Assembly: GCA_964016885.1 (NCBI GenBank)
Contig: OZ024747.1
Span: 35,402,001-35,466,000, forward strand
Length of the DNA stretch: 64,000 bases
Source of the DNA: Eledone cirrhosa
Taxonomy: Eukaryota
Direction of reading: 5' to 3'
The number at the start of each line of letters is the position of its first letter. The first letter of the stretch is position 1. Positions 28,673 to 40,199 of the stretch are shown here, one piece after another. Made by a program: the position numbers and the translations under genes. Under the pieces are notes generated by a model, which saw nothing but the letters and a program-made list of their open reading frames with translations, had not been told where the DNA came from and did not search any database.

Positions 28673-29271
28673 TATATATATATATACATATATATATATA
28701 TGTGTGTGTGCGTGTGTGTGTATATGTGTGTGTGTATGTTTGTGTTTACATATAATTATATATACATATATAAATATATACATATATATATATATACATA
28801 TATATATATATCATATAAATCCACACACGCAAATATAAACAAACATAATACACGTGCATGCACATACATATAGACACATAACCATACATGTACATACACC
28901 CACACGCACAGATATATATATACATATATATACACAACATGTAGATAAATATACATAAATATACACTAAAATATATATACACACATGCACATGTATACAC
29001 ATACGCGTATATACGCATACATACACATATATACTCATACAAATATACACATATATACACATACACATATATATACGCATACAAATATACGCGCACAAAC
29101 GCCAAATACACATACACACATAACCATATACTCACGGGCCAGTACATATGATATATACACCTATAACAAATACAAGCATATCTGCTCTATGGTTCTTATA
29201 TATTTGATATATATTTATCCTTATCGAGCCGTTTGGATTTTAGTCTTCACATTTATCATTATTACTATATA

Positions 29272-29345
<74 letters not shown>

Positions 29346-29416
29346 AATTCTTGAGGGCGTGAAACTAATAAACCTTTGTTCGTACAGCCTCTCTGTTTTG
29401 TTCCCGTTCAATCTTT

Positions 29417-29470
<54 letters not shown>

Positions 29471-29471
<1 letters not shown>

Positions 29472-32400
29472 GTTATACTTTGGGAGGGTCATGTTGCCAA
29501 TAAGAAACACACGCACCAGTTGCTTTCACTTCAATTTATTATATATTTATAAATTTATAAATTTACAAATCTACAAACTTATAAATTTCTGGTTGGTTGG
29601 TTGGTTCCACAACCAGATAGTTGTTTATATATAGTCATAGTCCTTTCGTCACACACTCTGTGACCTCTTCAGTGACTGGGGATTCCTTTCTTTGTTTCTG
29701 TGCCTTTCCTTTCTTCTGTCCTACGCCATTTTGTTTCTGTGTGTGTGTTGTGTGCTCAGTTTGCGCATGCGCCACATCCGGGTGTCTGTGTGTGTTTGTG
29801 TTCATTTATCTATTTGTTTATTTATTTACATGTTGTTGGTTGGTTGTTTGTTCTATGTGTGTGTGTGTTTTCATTTTGTCCTTAATTGTAAGTTGTGATG
29901 TTGCTGTTCCACTCATATTTTCTATTTAATTTTGGTTGTGATTCTTTTATGCTTACTGCCTCTGTAATTTGCCTAAACATTGCATCTTTTCTGTGTGTGG
30001 ATTCTATTTTTATTTCTATGTTCTCTAATTTACCCTTGTGTTCTATCTTAGCATGTTGGTAGAGTACAGATGATTCTTTATTATCTTGAAGGTCTCGCCA
30101 GTGTTCATTTATCCGTTCCCCTATACTACGAGCTGTCTCACCTATGTACACTATATTTTTGTTTCTACATTGTCCTTCAGTACATCTTATGCTATACACT
30201 ACATTTCTAGTTTTACAGTTAATATGGGGTCTTATTTTGCAGGTTATACATTTCTTATCTATACATGAGGGTCTTTGGAACTGGTATGTCTTGCTAATAA
30301 GTGTTTTTACGGAGGTACCTGGTCTTTCTACTATCTTAATATTGAGTTTATGTTTATTTAGGGCCCTTTTAAATTTGTAGGCCAGTTCGCCTCTAGGGGT
30401 TGTATTGATGAACATTACACTCTGGTATTTATTGCTATCATACCATGAGTTTATTCTATTGGCCTTGTTCCTAGTTCTTTCTATTCTATTCCAAAATTTG
30501 CTCCTATACAAGGGGTAGGTCCCATTTATGTCATTATTTACCATTTTTTCACATTTGGTTCTGGCTCCTCTATACACTCTGATTCTATCTCTCTGATTGT
30601 AGCCAGAGAACTGCATACGGTGGATGAAGTGTTGTATGTGTCTCTCTAGTTCTTCGGGGTTGGACATGCGGGACACATTTCTCATCACCCGTACCAAATC
30701 CGCAATCAGTATGTTGATTTTAGTATGGTCCGAAATGGCCGAGCTTCGGTGGATCAGATGTTTGGAAGTCATGGGTTTGGCATAATGGGAATGGAGGATT
30801 TGTTTTTGGTTGTTAATGGTATCTAACCAGAGCTCTGTGTCTAGTACAGGTAATCGATGGTTGGGGTGTCTATTGGGTAGTCTATAGTAACTCTAATGCT
30901 CTGGTGGATGGAGTTTGCTATTTGCTGGATGCTTTCCATTGTGTTTTTCTCTAGTTCCTGACTGTTCTCTAGTGGGGGTGTCTTAACTACGATGTTTATA
31001 TCATCTACGTAGCGGGAGTATATTATCAGGGTTAAGCTGTCTTCTAATTGCTCTTTAAGTTTAAGTTTAAGTCTACTGTCCGACCATACCATGAATAAGT
31101 TAGCTATGTCGCCTGCAATGCTAACACCAATGGCTGCACCTTCCTCTTGGGCATATGTTTTTCCATTAAATTTGAACATATGTTCCTTAAGGGTTAATTT
31201 TATGCTGGCCCCTACCGCATGTGCAATCATTTTCTTCAGCTCATCGTGGTTTTCGGGTGTCCGTATGGCTCTGGTCCACCCGTTCCATCTATCTGTGTGG
31301 CTTTTCTTGGCCATTGAGGTAATGGTAGGTGGTCTGCCTCTTGTTGGTCTTGTAGGGCACAGGTTGCTAAGGTCATAAGTGTCTAGGTAACTATTACTAT
31401 GGGTAAGCTTAAGTAGAAGTCCCAGCTCACTGGTATCAATCCCACGGAACTCAACCTTGCCCTCGCTGATCATTTCTACGCATTTCTCCACAGCAAAATC
31501 CACGTCAATAGATGGTTACAGGGACACAACATCCATATTGCCTATTATGCAGTTTGTTAGGTTCCCAGATCGGTTACTCACGCCGATTCTGCTGAGGAGG
31601 TCCTCCGTGCTGTCACATACATCTGGGGACATCTCAATGATGGGGCGTATGATCAGGGAGAGGAAGTAGGACAGGCTGTAGTTACTAGCAATGTTAGCTC
31701 CACAGACTGGCCGTGTTGGTGGTCCCGCGACAGGGTCACAGCCCGTTTTATGGTCTTTTCGAAGCCCATACAACGCCGGCACGTCATTGTTCCAGGCCTG
31801 GAAGTTGTTGGCAGTCCTTTTGTTGGGCTGCATTATATTCGTCCACATCACCATATGGGCATTGAGGGCTTTTTCTCTATCCTCATGCTCCTGTGGTGTT
31901 ACCTCTCTTGTGTTAGTGATGTGGGGTTGCATTGCCTGGATGTAGTTTGGCAGGCTGTCAACCGACATTCTGCCAGGCTTGTCTGTTGGAAAGCATGCTA
32001 TCTCTCCATTACGCGAGCGCTGCATGAGCTTACGCAAGCCATTTGCAGATTTTTCTCCCAGTTGCTGGGCCTCTATTCTATTATGCTTCTTGCTATACTG
32101 TTCTATAATATTTCTAAGTTCGGATCTAGCTATACTAAATTGTGCTTCTGTTTGTTCATCGACCTGCGACGGCAACTGCGTGCGTTTGTTAAATGGTAAA
32201 GTCGTGGCGTGGACTCGTCGCAGGTCGAATGATTTATCGGAGGGATTATAAAACGGAGAGTTCCAGGCTGCTGCTTTATGTGTACTAGTGCTATTGTTAT
32301 TGTTAGTTGTGTTGTTTCTATTTCTATTTCCACCAACAGCCTCATGGTTGTTTCTATGTCTCTCATAATTACTCCTGTCTCTTTCCACTGGCTCAATGTT

Positions 32401-33600
32401 GTTATCTACCCTATTTTGTGTGTCTGTGTGTTCGTCTTGGTTATTCTCTTTGTCCTTAGTCTCCCTTCTCCTTTTCCTTTTAATCCTATTACTTTATCTT
32501 ATTTCTGTGATTTCTGTGCTACTGTCATTACTTGTTTTCTGTGTCTGTGTGTTTGTTAAGATTGTGGTGGTGGTGAGAGGCATTGAATGCGTGTGTGTTG
32601 TTGTTGTTGATCTGTGCTGTTGTTGATGTGTGTTGCTGTTGTCTCCGTGTGTGTTATCGTTGTTGTGTGTGTTGTTATTGTTGTTTGTGTCTGCGTGTCT
32701 GTTGGTGTTGTTTCTGGGTATGTTGCTATTGTTGTTGTTGTTGATGTGTATGTTGTTGTTATTGTTGTTTGTGTCTGTGTGTCTGTTGTTGTTGGGATGT
32801 GTGTTGTATATGTGTGTGCGTATATTGTTGCTTTTGTTTTTGATGCTCCAGCGTAGTTTTGTAAATGATTTTTCTATTTCTGACAGACAACTAATCATAT
32901 TTACCTTCTTGAATGTCGCAAATTTCGGCGGCAAACATAACACAGACATTTCATCATTATCTAATTTTGTGTTCCCATATATATTGGTGTGTTTGTTGTT
33001 GAACTATTCTGATAATGATGTGTCGGCCATGTTGATACCGTCAATTTTGTCGGGATATCTATTGGTATACTCTATAGTATCCTGATTTAGCTTTGCCTGT
33101 TTAAGCCACTTTAGTCTCCTGTTAAAGTGCTTATCACATTCTTGAGTAATGTACTGTTCTTCAGGGCGTATAAGGCTTATAAATATTAGTTTCTCTCTTG
33201 GTGATTCTAGCTATTTCTTGTATTAGGTTACGCTCTTGTTTTTCTTGATGACTTAATTCTCTATAGATCTTCATGTTTATGTTTAGAATTAATGTTCGTT
33301 TTAGCCTATCTGCTTGTTTTTTGGTGAGTTGTAATCTTCTAACGTCGGTATTGATGGTGTTGGTGTAGATTCTGGAAGAAGCACACAACTATCTGGTTGT
33401 GGAACCAACCAACCAACCAGAAATTTATAAGTTTGTAGATTTGTAAATTTATAAATTTATAAATATATAATAAATTGAAGTGAAAGCTACTGGTGCGTGT
33501 GTTTCTTATTGGCAACATGACCCTCCCAAAGTATAACAATATCGGTTTCAACACACGATTTCAGATAAAGAATCTTGCTAAACAAATTAAGAAACGAAAT
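29471..33600 (-). mobile_element. Near full-length PLE (RT plus C-terminal GIY-YIG) with few lesions and 154-bp terminal inverted repeats
   Basis: EMSVLCLPPKFA; ALYGLRKDHK..RPVCG; MDVVSL*PSID (TAA at 31516-31518); QEEGAAIG; SRYVDD; frameshift near 30875; Cys linker; VVYSIRC..YIGETARSIGERINEH. Inverted repeats 29471-29624 / 33385-33538. Confidence 0.93.
29633..29677 (-). ncRNA. Hammerhead ribozyme in PLE 3' region
   Basis: AGTCA-CTGAAGA-G-GTCAC agagtgt GTGAC-GAAA-GGAC-TA-TGACT: canonical core, 5-bp stems I and II, minimal stem III. Confidence 0.85.
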
Positions 33601-33619
33601 ATATATATATATATATATA

Positions 33620-34790
33620 TGGAGAAAAAATTTACGAAATGGAAATGCGGGTATATAGAATTTATTAGGTAACAATTGTTTCTATATTGTATGAGTTACC
33701 TATACCTCGCTATTTGAATAATACACAAATATTATCAAAAACCGAAAGTACACTGTAAGCCAACACACCATGTCATCAGACCTTTGTATTAGAATTATAT
33801 GAAAATAGTTTATACACTAGATAAAAGATAAAGAGGGAGGTAGGAAGAGAAGGGGAAGAGGGAAGTGAGTAAGGTGGAGGGAGTCTTAGGGTTTAAGACT
33901 GTCAGACTAGTAGAGATTGTGAAGAGAGAATGTTTTGGCAGCAGTTAGCTTAATGAGGCGTGCTAAGGTTGGCTGGGAAGTAGATACTTCTAGTGGTGTT
34001 GTTCGGACAAAATTTAGTTAGAGGGGTCAAGGTGGTACAATGTCACAGACAAGTTATTAGGGCTATTATAGTAGCAGGTTATTTCTAAAGGCGTCCAGAA
34101 AAACAGTGTTTAGTACTATTATTATAGAAAGCCATATCTAGTGTATAAACATATGAGATAGAAATTTGCAAACGTTGGTGTAAAAAGGTAACATTATATG
34201 CATTTAAAAAAAGAAAAAGTCGTTTTCAAACGATGGTTACAGTATAGAGAACGTTCAATTTTGCTGTTCAAAAGTTTGTTTACCGACGTTAAAATGCAGT
34301 ATAGCTCTAAATTGCATGACTTGCAGAATCGATGATTTTGCTGATATGCATGCGCAGCTGCAATAATTTGCCAATCAAGGGAGAACGCTTGATTGTTCCT
34401 CCGAAGCTGCCAGGCTTTATCGGCGAGGGTTGTTACGGAGCGCATTTTCTCGTGCCTGATCGAAGATCGATGTTGGTATAGGTGAGCCTTGAAAGAAGTT
34501 GCGGTACATCCGACGTAATACCATTTGTTGGTCCCGGAATTTATTGTACACCGGTAGACAATATTGCGTGCTAGGCACTGGTTATTCAGTGGGCACGTAC
34601 CTGGTTTGGTGCAGTTACAACTATTTTTATGTTTTGCAGTAGAATCCTGGATAGTTTGGTGGGGTTGTGGTTGCGTGTTAGTGCGTTGCATGTTGCTATG
34701 CTGGTGCGCTGAGTCATTAGGGATGTACTTATTCAGTATTGCTGAGTTGAGTTTTCTAATTAGTTGTTCTATGTTAGGTGCAGTGGAGTA
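33620..34790 (-). mobile_element. 5'-truncated PLE: GIY-YIG of probable Hydra-clade type plus 3' UTR
   Basis: ORF 34194-34691: CNC..CPL..C..IVYRC..YYVGC..FK..H..TTLA..W..CKSCNLE..LLN..CNH. Clade label is from recalled motif patterns. Confidence 0.85.
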
Positions 34791-34802
34791 TGAGAGTCAT
34801 AT

Positions 34803-34834
<32 letters not shown>

Positions 34835-35733
34835 GTATATATAGTGAAAGATTGAAGAATAACATGGGTCGGCTGTATAAAAAAGGTATTATTTCAAGTA
34901 TTAACAATATTTTCGTTGATCAGGTGAGTCTAAAGGCCGCTAATCACTCGAAGTTGTGTCACACGACCTTAAATACAGTCTTTGCCTCTAATCAAATCAT
35001 AGAATACTGGTGGTTTTACATATGACATTGGTATTTATAGATACAACGGGCAATCAAAACAATAACATCAATAATAAAAGATAATAATAAAGAAGTTAGA
35101 ATGAAGAGGATAAAGATGAACGTTAAAAATATGTAAAAAAATAAGTAAAAAAACAATAAGTACATAATACACTTGCTGATAATTGTGGTGGTGGTGGTGG
35201 TGGTTAAATTACAGAGGTGAGTAAGTCTATGTTTACAGACGTGATGAGGGTAGAGATAACACTAACATGAAAAGAAACATTTAATACATACATACTTAGT
35301 GGTCAAATCTCAGATGATTGGAGTAAAAAAGAAAAGAATAGTACAAATAACTGATAAAAGATAAAAAATAATAAATAAAAATTAAGTGAGAGGGGAAGAG
35401 ATACACGACAGGAGACAGAGAGTGGGGGTGGTGATGCGAGGATGTGATATAAGGGGTAGGGCTAGGGACGAGGAAGGAGTAGATACGTAGATGGAAGGTA
35501 AAAATTGAGAGGGGAAGTGTTGATATATGTGGAGTTAATCCCTAGCAGGCTGATTGCTTTATCTTAATGGGGGTGATGTGGCTTCAGGGGAGAAAGAGTG
35601 ATGTTGGGAGATTTATGATGTTGAATTAGTGACCAGTTGGTCAGATGACAGCTAATAACAGTGGGTTTGTATATATACACTTTTACACTTTTACGTGTTC
35701 CAGCCATCTGACTTAGGCCATGCCGGGGCACCA

Positions 35734-35779
<46 letters not shown>

Positions 35780-35884
35780 AAAAAGTATTTTACCTATTAC
35801 CCCCTAAGTATTGAGTATTCTGGTGCGATATGGTTCATCTACTTCCTTACCACAATTCCTTCGTTATATATATATATAACGGAG

Positions 35885-36800
35885 ATGAATTAGTTTTGCG
35901 AGGTTTTTTATATGAAATCGTGTGTCGAAACAAATATTGCTGTACTTGGGGAGGGTCATATTTGTGTAATATTGCCAAAATTAATAACAGAACACACTCA
36001 CTTTTTGGTAGGTTTCGCTTTTCGCTTCTGTGTCTTCTATATCGGTAATCAAATTTATTCGGTCCTCAATGTTGATATTGACTGACCAACGGTTAACAAT
36101 AATACAGATACAATATAGACACAAACACATATATATAGTTTATCATAAATCTTTCGTTGCACATCTGCAACATCGTCAGTGGTGCTATATATTCCTCCCG
36201 TTGCATTGTATTTCTACGCCATCTTTATTTAGTTTGTTTATATATTTATTTATTTATTTGTTTGTTTGTTTATTTTAATTTGTCTTCTTTGCGCATGCGT
36301 TTGCGTGTGTGTATAGTGTTTTGTTTGATGTGTGTTCGTGATTGGGTGACTCTGTATTGGTTAATGTGTTCTATGTTTACTAGTGTGTGTTTATATGTGT
36401 TTGTTGTTATTGTGCTTGTGTATGTATTTATTTATTTATTTATCTATTTATTTATTTATTTATTTATACTTCTCTTAGGTCAGTGTTGTTTGTTTGGGTG
36501 TTGTTGTTATTCCATTCATTCTTTCTGTTTAGTCTTGGCCTTCTAAGTTCTATTTCACTGGCCTCTCTGATTTGCCTATCTGCTGGGTCATTTCAATGTT
36601 TAGATATTATTCTAATTTCTATGTTGTCTATGTTACCGTCGTGTTGTTGTCTGGCATGTTCGTATAGTACTGACGCGTGTTTTCGTCCTTTTAGTTCCCC
36701 CCTGTGTTGGTCTATCCTTTCACTTATGCTACGAGCTGTTTCGCCTATGTATGTTGTTGTCATGTTTCTGCAAGTACCCTCTGTACATCTTATGCTGTTA
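35885..36800 (-). mobile_element. 5'-truncated PLE related to 29471-33600, with HHR at 36142-36183
   Basis: SIRCTEGTCRNMTTTYIGETARSISERIDQH; shared 3' end ATGACCCTCCC; minus strand CTGACGA-T-GTTGCA gatg TGCAAC-GAAA-GATT-TA. Confidence 0.88.
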
Positions 36801-36876
36801 ATATGCATCTTATGCCGTTAATATGCATAAGGAAAGTAAATACTTTCAGACGTTCATCCATCTGGCAGGAAGGTAT

Positions 36877-36919
36877 ACGTTGCTGAAGATAGCCAATACG
36901 CTTGAAACTAGTACAGCGT
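36877..36919 (+). ncRNA. Hammerhead ribozyme
   Basis: ACGTTG-CTGAAGA-TAGC caatac GCTT-GAAA-CTAG-TA-CAGCGT: 6-bp stem I, palindromic ACTAGT, GUA triplet. Confidence 0.82.
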
Positions 36920-37134
36920 TCCTTTGTCAGCGTTGAACAAATGAGCAACGATGGTTGCTAGACACTGTACGGCTTAATTCGGGATGTTTGTTTACAGACA
37001 CACCGAGCATTATAATAAATGTTCGGTGAATCCATACGCACATATATATATATATGTGTGCATGTATGTATATATATATATATACATACTAATGTACGTC
37101 TGTATACATATATGTATATGTACGTATACATACT

Positions 37135-37254
<120 letters not shown>

Positions 37255-37374
37255 GATAGACATAGAATATTCGAAAATATTCTGTATGTTTATAATAAAC
37301 ATTTTGAAGACCTAATCGCTATAGAATAGAATATGTCACGTATTGCAATTAGATTCTCGATAAAAGCAAGGGAA

Positions 37375-37417
37375 GTAACCTACGCGTTTCATTCTTATTA
37401 GAAATCTTCAGGATTAC
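37375..37417 (-). ncRNA. Hammerhead of the 310-nt unit (inverted arm)
   Basis: Reverse complement of 38231-38273. Confidence 0.82.
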
Positions 37418-37920
37418 ATATCCAGTGCTTTTATCGAGAATAACACAGCTAGAGACTTATAGAATACTTAGCTGTGTACAGGAACTGGTTTGAAAGAGCG
37501 GTTGCCGGTCCGGCAGAAATTAGAAATTGGATTAAATGCTCTGAAATAGCGATATATATGTGAAGATAGACATAGAATATTCGAAAATATTCTGTATGTT
37601 TATAATAAACATTTTGAAGACCTAATCGCTATAGAATAGAATACGTCACGTATTACAATTAGATTCTCGATAAAAGCAAGGGAAGTAACCTACGCGTTTC
37701 ATTCTATAGCGATTAGGTCTTCAAAATGTTTATTATAAACATACAGAATATTTTCGAATATTCTATGTCTATCTTCACATATATATCGCTATTTCAGAGC
37801 ATTTAATCCAATTTCTAATTTCTGCCGGACCGGCAACCGCTCTTTCAAACCAGTTCCTGTACACAGCTAAGTATTCTATAAGTCTCTAGCTGTGTTATTC
37901 TCGATAAAAGCACTGGATAT

Positions 37921-37963
37921 GTAATCCTGAAGATTTCTAATAAGAATGAAACGTGTAGGTTAC
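37921..37963 (+). ncRNA. Hammerhead of the 310-nt unit (stem III variant ACGTGT)
   Basis: GTAATC-CTGAAGA-TTTCT aata AGAAT-GAAA-CGTG-TA-GGTTAC. Confidence 0.8.
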
Positions 37964-38230
37964 TTCCCTTGCTTTTATCGAGAATCTAATTGCAATACGT
38001 GACATATTCTATTCTATAGCGATTAGGTCTTCAAAATGTTTTTTATAAACATACAGAATATTTTCGAATATTCTATGTCTATCTTCACATATATATCGCT
38101 ATTTCAGAGCATTTAATCCAATTTCTAATTTCTGCCGGACCGGCAACCGCTCTTTCAAACCAGTTCCTGTACACAGCTAAGTATTCTATAAGTCTCTAGC
38201 TGTGTCATTCTCGATAAAAGCACTGGATAT

Positions 38231-38273
38231 GTAATCCTGAAGATTTCTAATAAGAATGAAACGCGTAGGTTAC
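38231..38273 (+). ncRNA. Hammerhead of the 310-nt unit
   Basis: GTAATC-CTGAAGA-TTTCT aata AGAAT-GAAA-CGCG-TA-GGTTAC: 6-bp stem I, palindromic ACGCGT, GUA triplet. Confidence 0.85.
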
Positions 38274-38424
38274 TTCCCTTGCTTTTATCGAGAATCTAAT
38301 TGTAATACGTGACGTATTCTATTCTATAGCGATTAGGTCTTCAAAATGTTTATTATAAACATACAGAATATTTTCGAATATTCTATGTCTATCTTCACAT
38401 ATATATCGCTATTTCAGAGCATTT

Positions 38425-38496
<72 letters not shown>

Positions 38497-38737
38497 TAGT
38501 AAAAGTTTGGTAGAAATATGCAAGGGTAAAAGCATTCAGTACATAGCGCGACTTTAGTATAAATCAAGCCCACCCAACCCCAGGCGGCCATCTTGATTTT
38601 TCTTTTTCTTATGACAAGATGAATGATACGGTCCAGAACCCGCCGAAACCTAAGTACAGTTTTATGTAACTGTTGTAATTATTTAAACATATATGTATAT
38701 ATGTTTAATCTGTTATTTTAATATATATGTATATATG

Positions 38738-39085
38738 CAAAAAACTTACATCGGCATGACCTCCAACAACTTTAAGACCCGTTGGTATGCCCATACCCAC
38801 TCCTTCAGAAGACCGGACAAATCTAATCAGACAACACTCGGCTCCTACGTTTGGGACCTCAAAAAGAACTCCACCCCCTTCACGTTTAAATGGAAAATAC
38901 TCCAGAAAGCGTGCTCTTACAACGGAGGACACAAGGGCTGCGACCTTTGTATTTCAGAGAGCTACGAAATTTTATTCGCCAAGGGCCCGCTACTGAACAA
39001 ACTCTCTGAACACTGCCCGAACTGCATGCACAAGAACTTTGCAACTTTCAAACACTTTAAGCCAGTGTTAAAGCCCGATGGCTAA
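38738..39085 (+). pseudogene. PLE GIY-YIG C-terminal fragment (probable Hydra-clade type)
   Basis: TYIGMTSNNFKTRWYAH..TTLGSYVWDLK..WKIL..CDLCISE..LLN..CMH. Confidence 0.87.
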
Positions 39086-39452
39086 AAACGACCTCCCCCT
39101 ATTGGCCCCTATACCTCCTTCCCACCCTATCCCCACCCCTCCTCAACCTGAAATACGGCCACTATGGTTATGTGAGTACCTCTTTCCTATCTACATTTTC
39201 TGCCTGTAGAGGTGTTTTTATGTGCCTGCGTATATGCGTATATTTATTGAGTACTTATTTATTTGTATGTGTATATATGTATGTGTATGTGTATATATAT
39301 ATATATGTATGTGTGTATATGTGTTTTATGTGTGTATATATATGTATGTATATATATGTATATATGTATGTATATGTATATATATATATATATGTATATA
39401 TGTGTATATATGTGTATGTATGTGTATGTGTATGTATATATATATGTATATG

Positions 39453-39509
<57 letters not shown>

Positions 39510-39559
39510 ATGTGTGTATGTGTGTGTGTGTGTATATATATATATGTGTGTGTGTGCTG

Positions 39560-39600
<41 letters not shown>

Positions 39601-39640
39601 TAACAACAAAGAGCGCTTAGGACATAGGTATATCTTTAAT

Positions 39641-39686
39641 TGCTAACAGTGTTTCGTCCACACTAGAAGTGGGACTCTTCAGACCA
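39641..39686 (-). ncRNA. Hammerhead motif (left arm)
   Basis: Reverse complement of 48793-48838. Confidence 0.7.
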
Positions 39687-40199
39687 TAAAGAGTAAATAC
39701 AAAGTATACAAGCATTGACAAAGCCAAAACAGAAGAATATATGTGGGGATACCATAAGTTGGGAGGAGTTTAAAGAGTAAAGTAAAAGGAGCAAAATAAG
39801 AGGAGTAAAATAAAAATAAACATAAAAATAAGAATAAGATTAAGAATAAAAAAAGAATAAGATTATGAATAAAAATAAAAATAAAAATAAAAATAATAAT
39901 AATAATAATAAAAATAAATATAATAAAAATAATAATAATAATAATGATTTCATTTATTGGCCACAAGGGCCGACATATAGGGGACAACACAATAGACAGG
40001 GACAGGGGGGGTTTACATAGAGATCGAGTAAGTATAAATAACAAAAAAAACAAAATAACAATAAAAATACAACAATGAAAGTTCCCCAATAAGAGGGATC
40101 ACCACCCAGGGTTGACTCAAGCACCCCACCAGTCCTGAGCCACCCGACGCTCCTAGGGCACCCGGGAAGGGCACCCCTCTCCTTCTCGAATTCACCAGC

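Noticed and set aside
31516-31518. Selenocysteine recoding in the PLE ORF, as in some Naiads
   Set aside because: The stop is TAA replacing the Tyr of SLYPS, not UGA, and the copy also has frameshifts.
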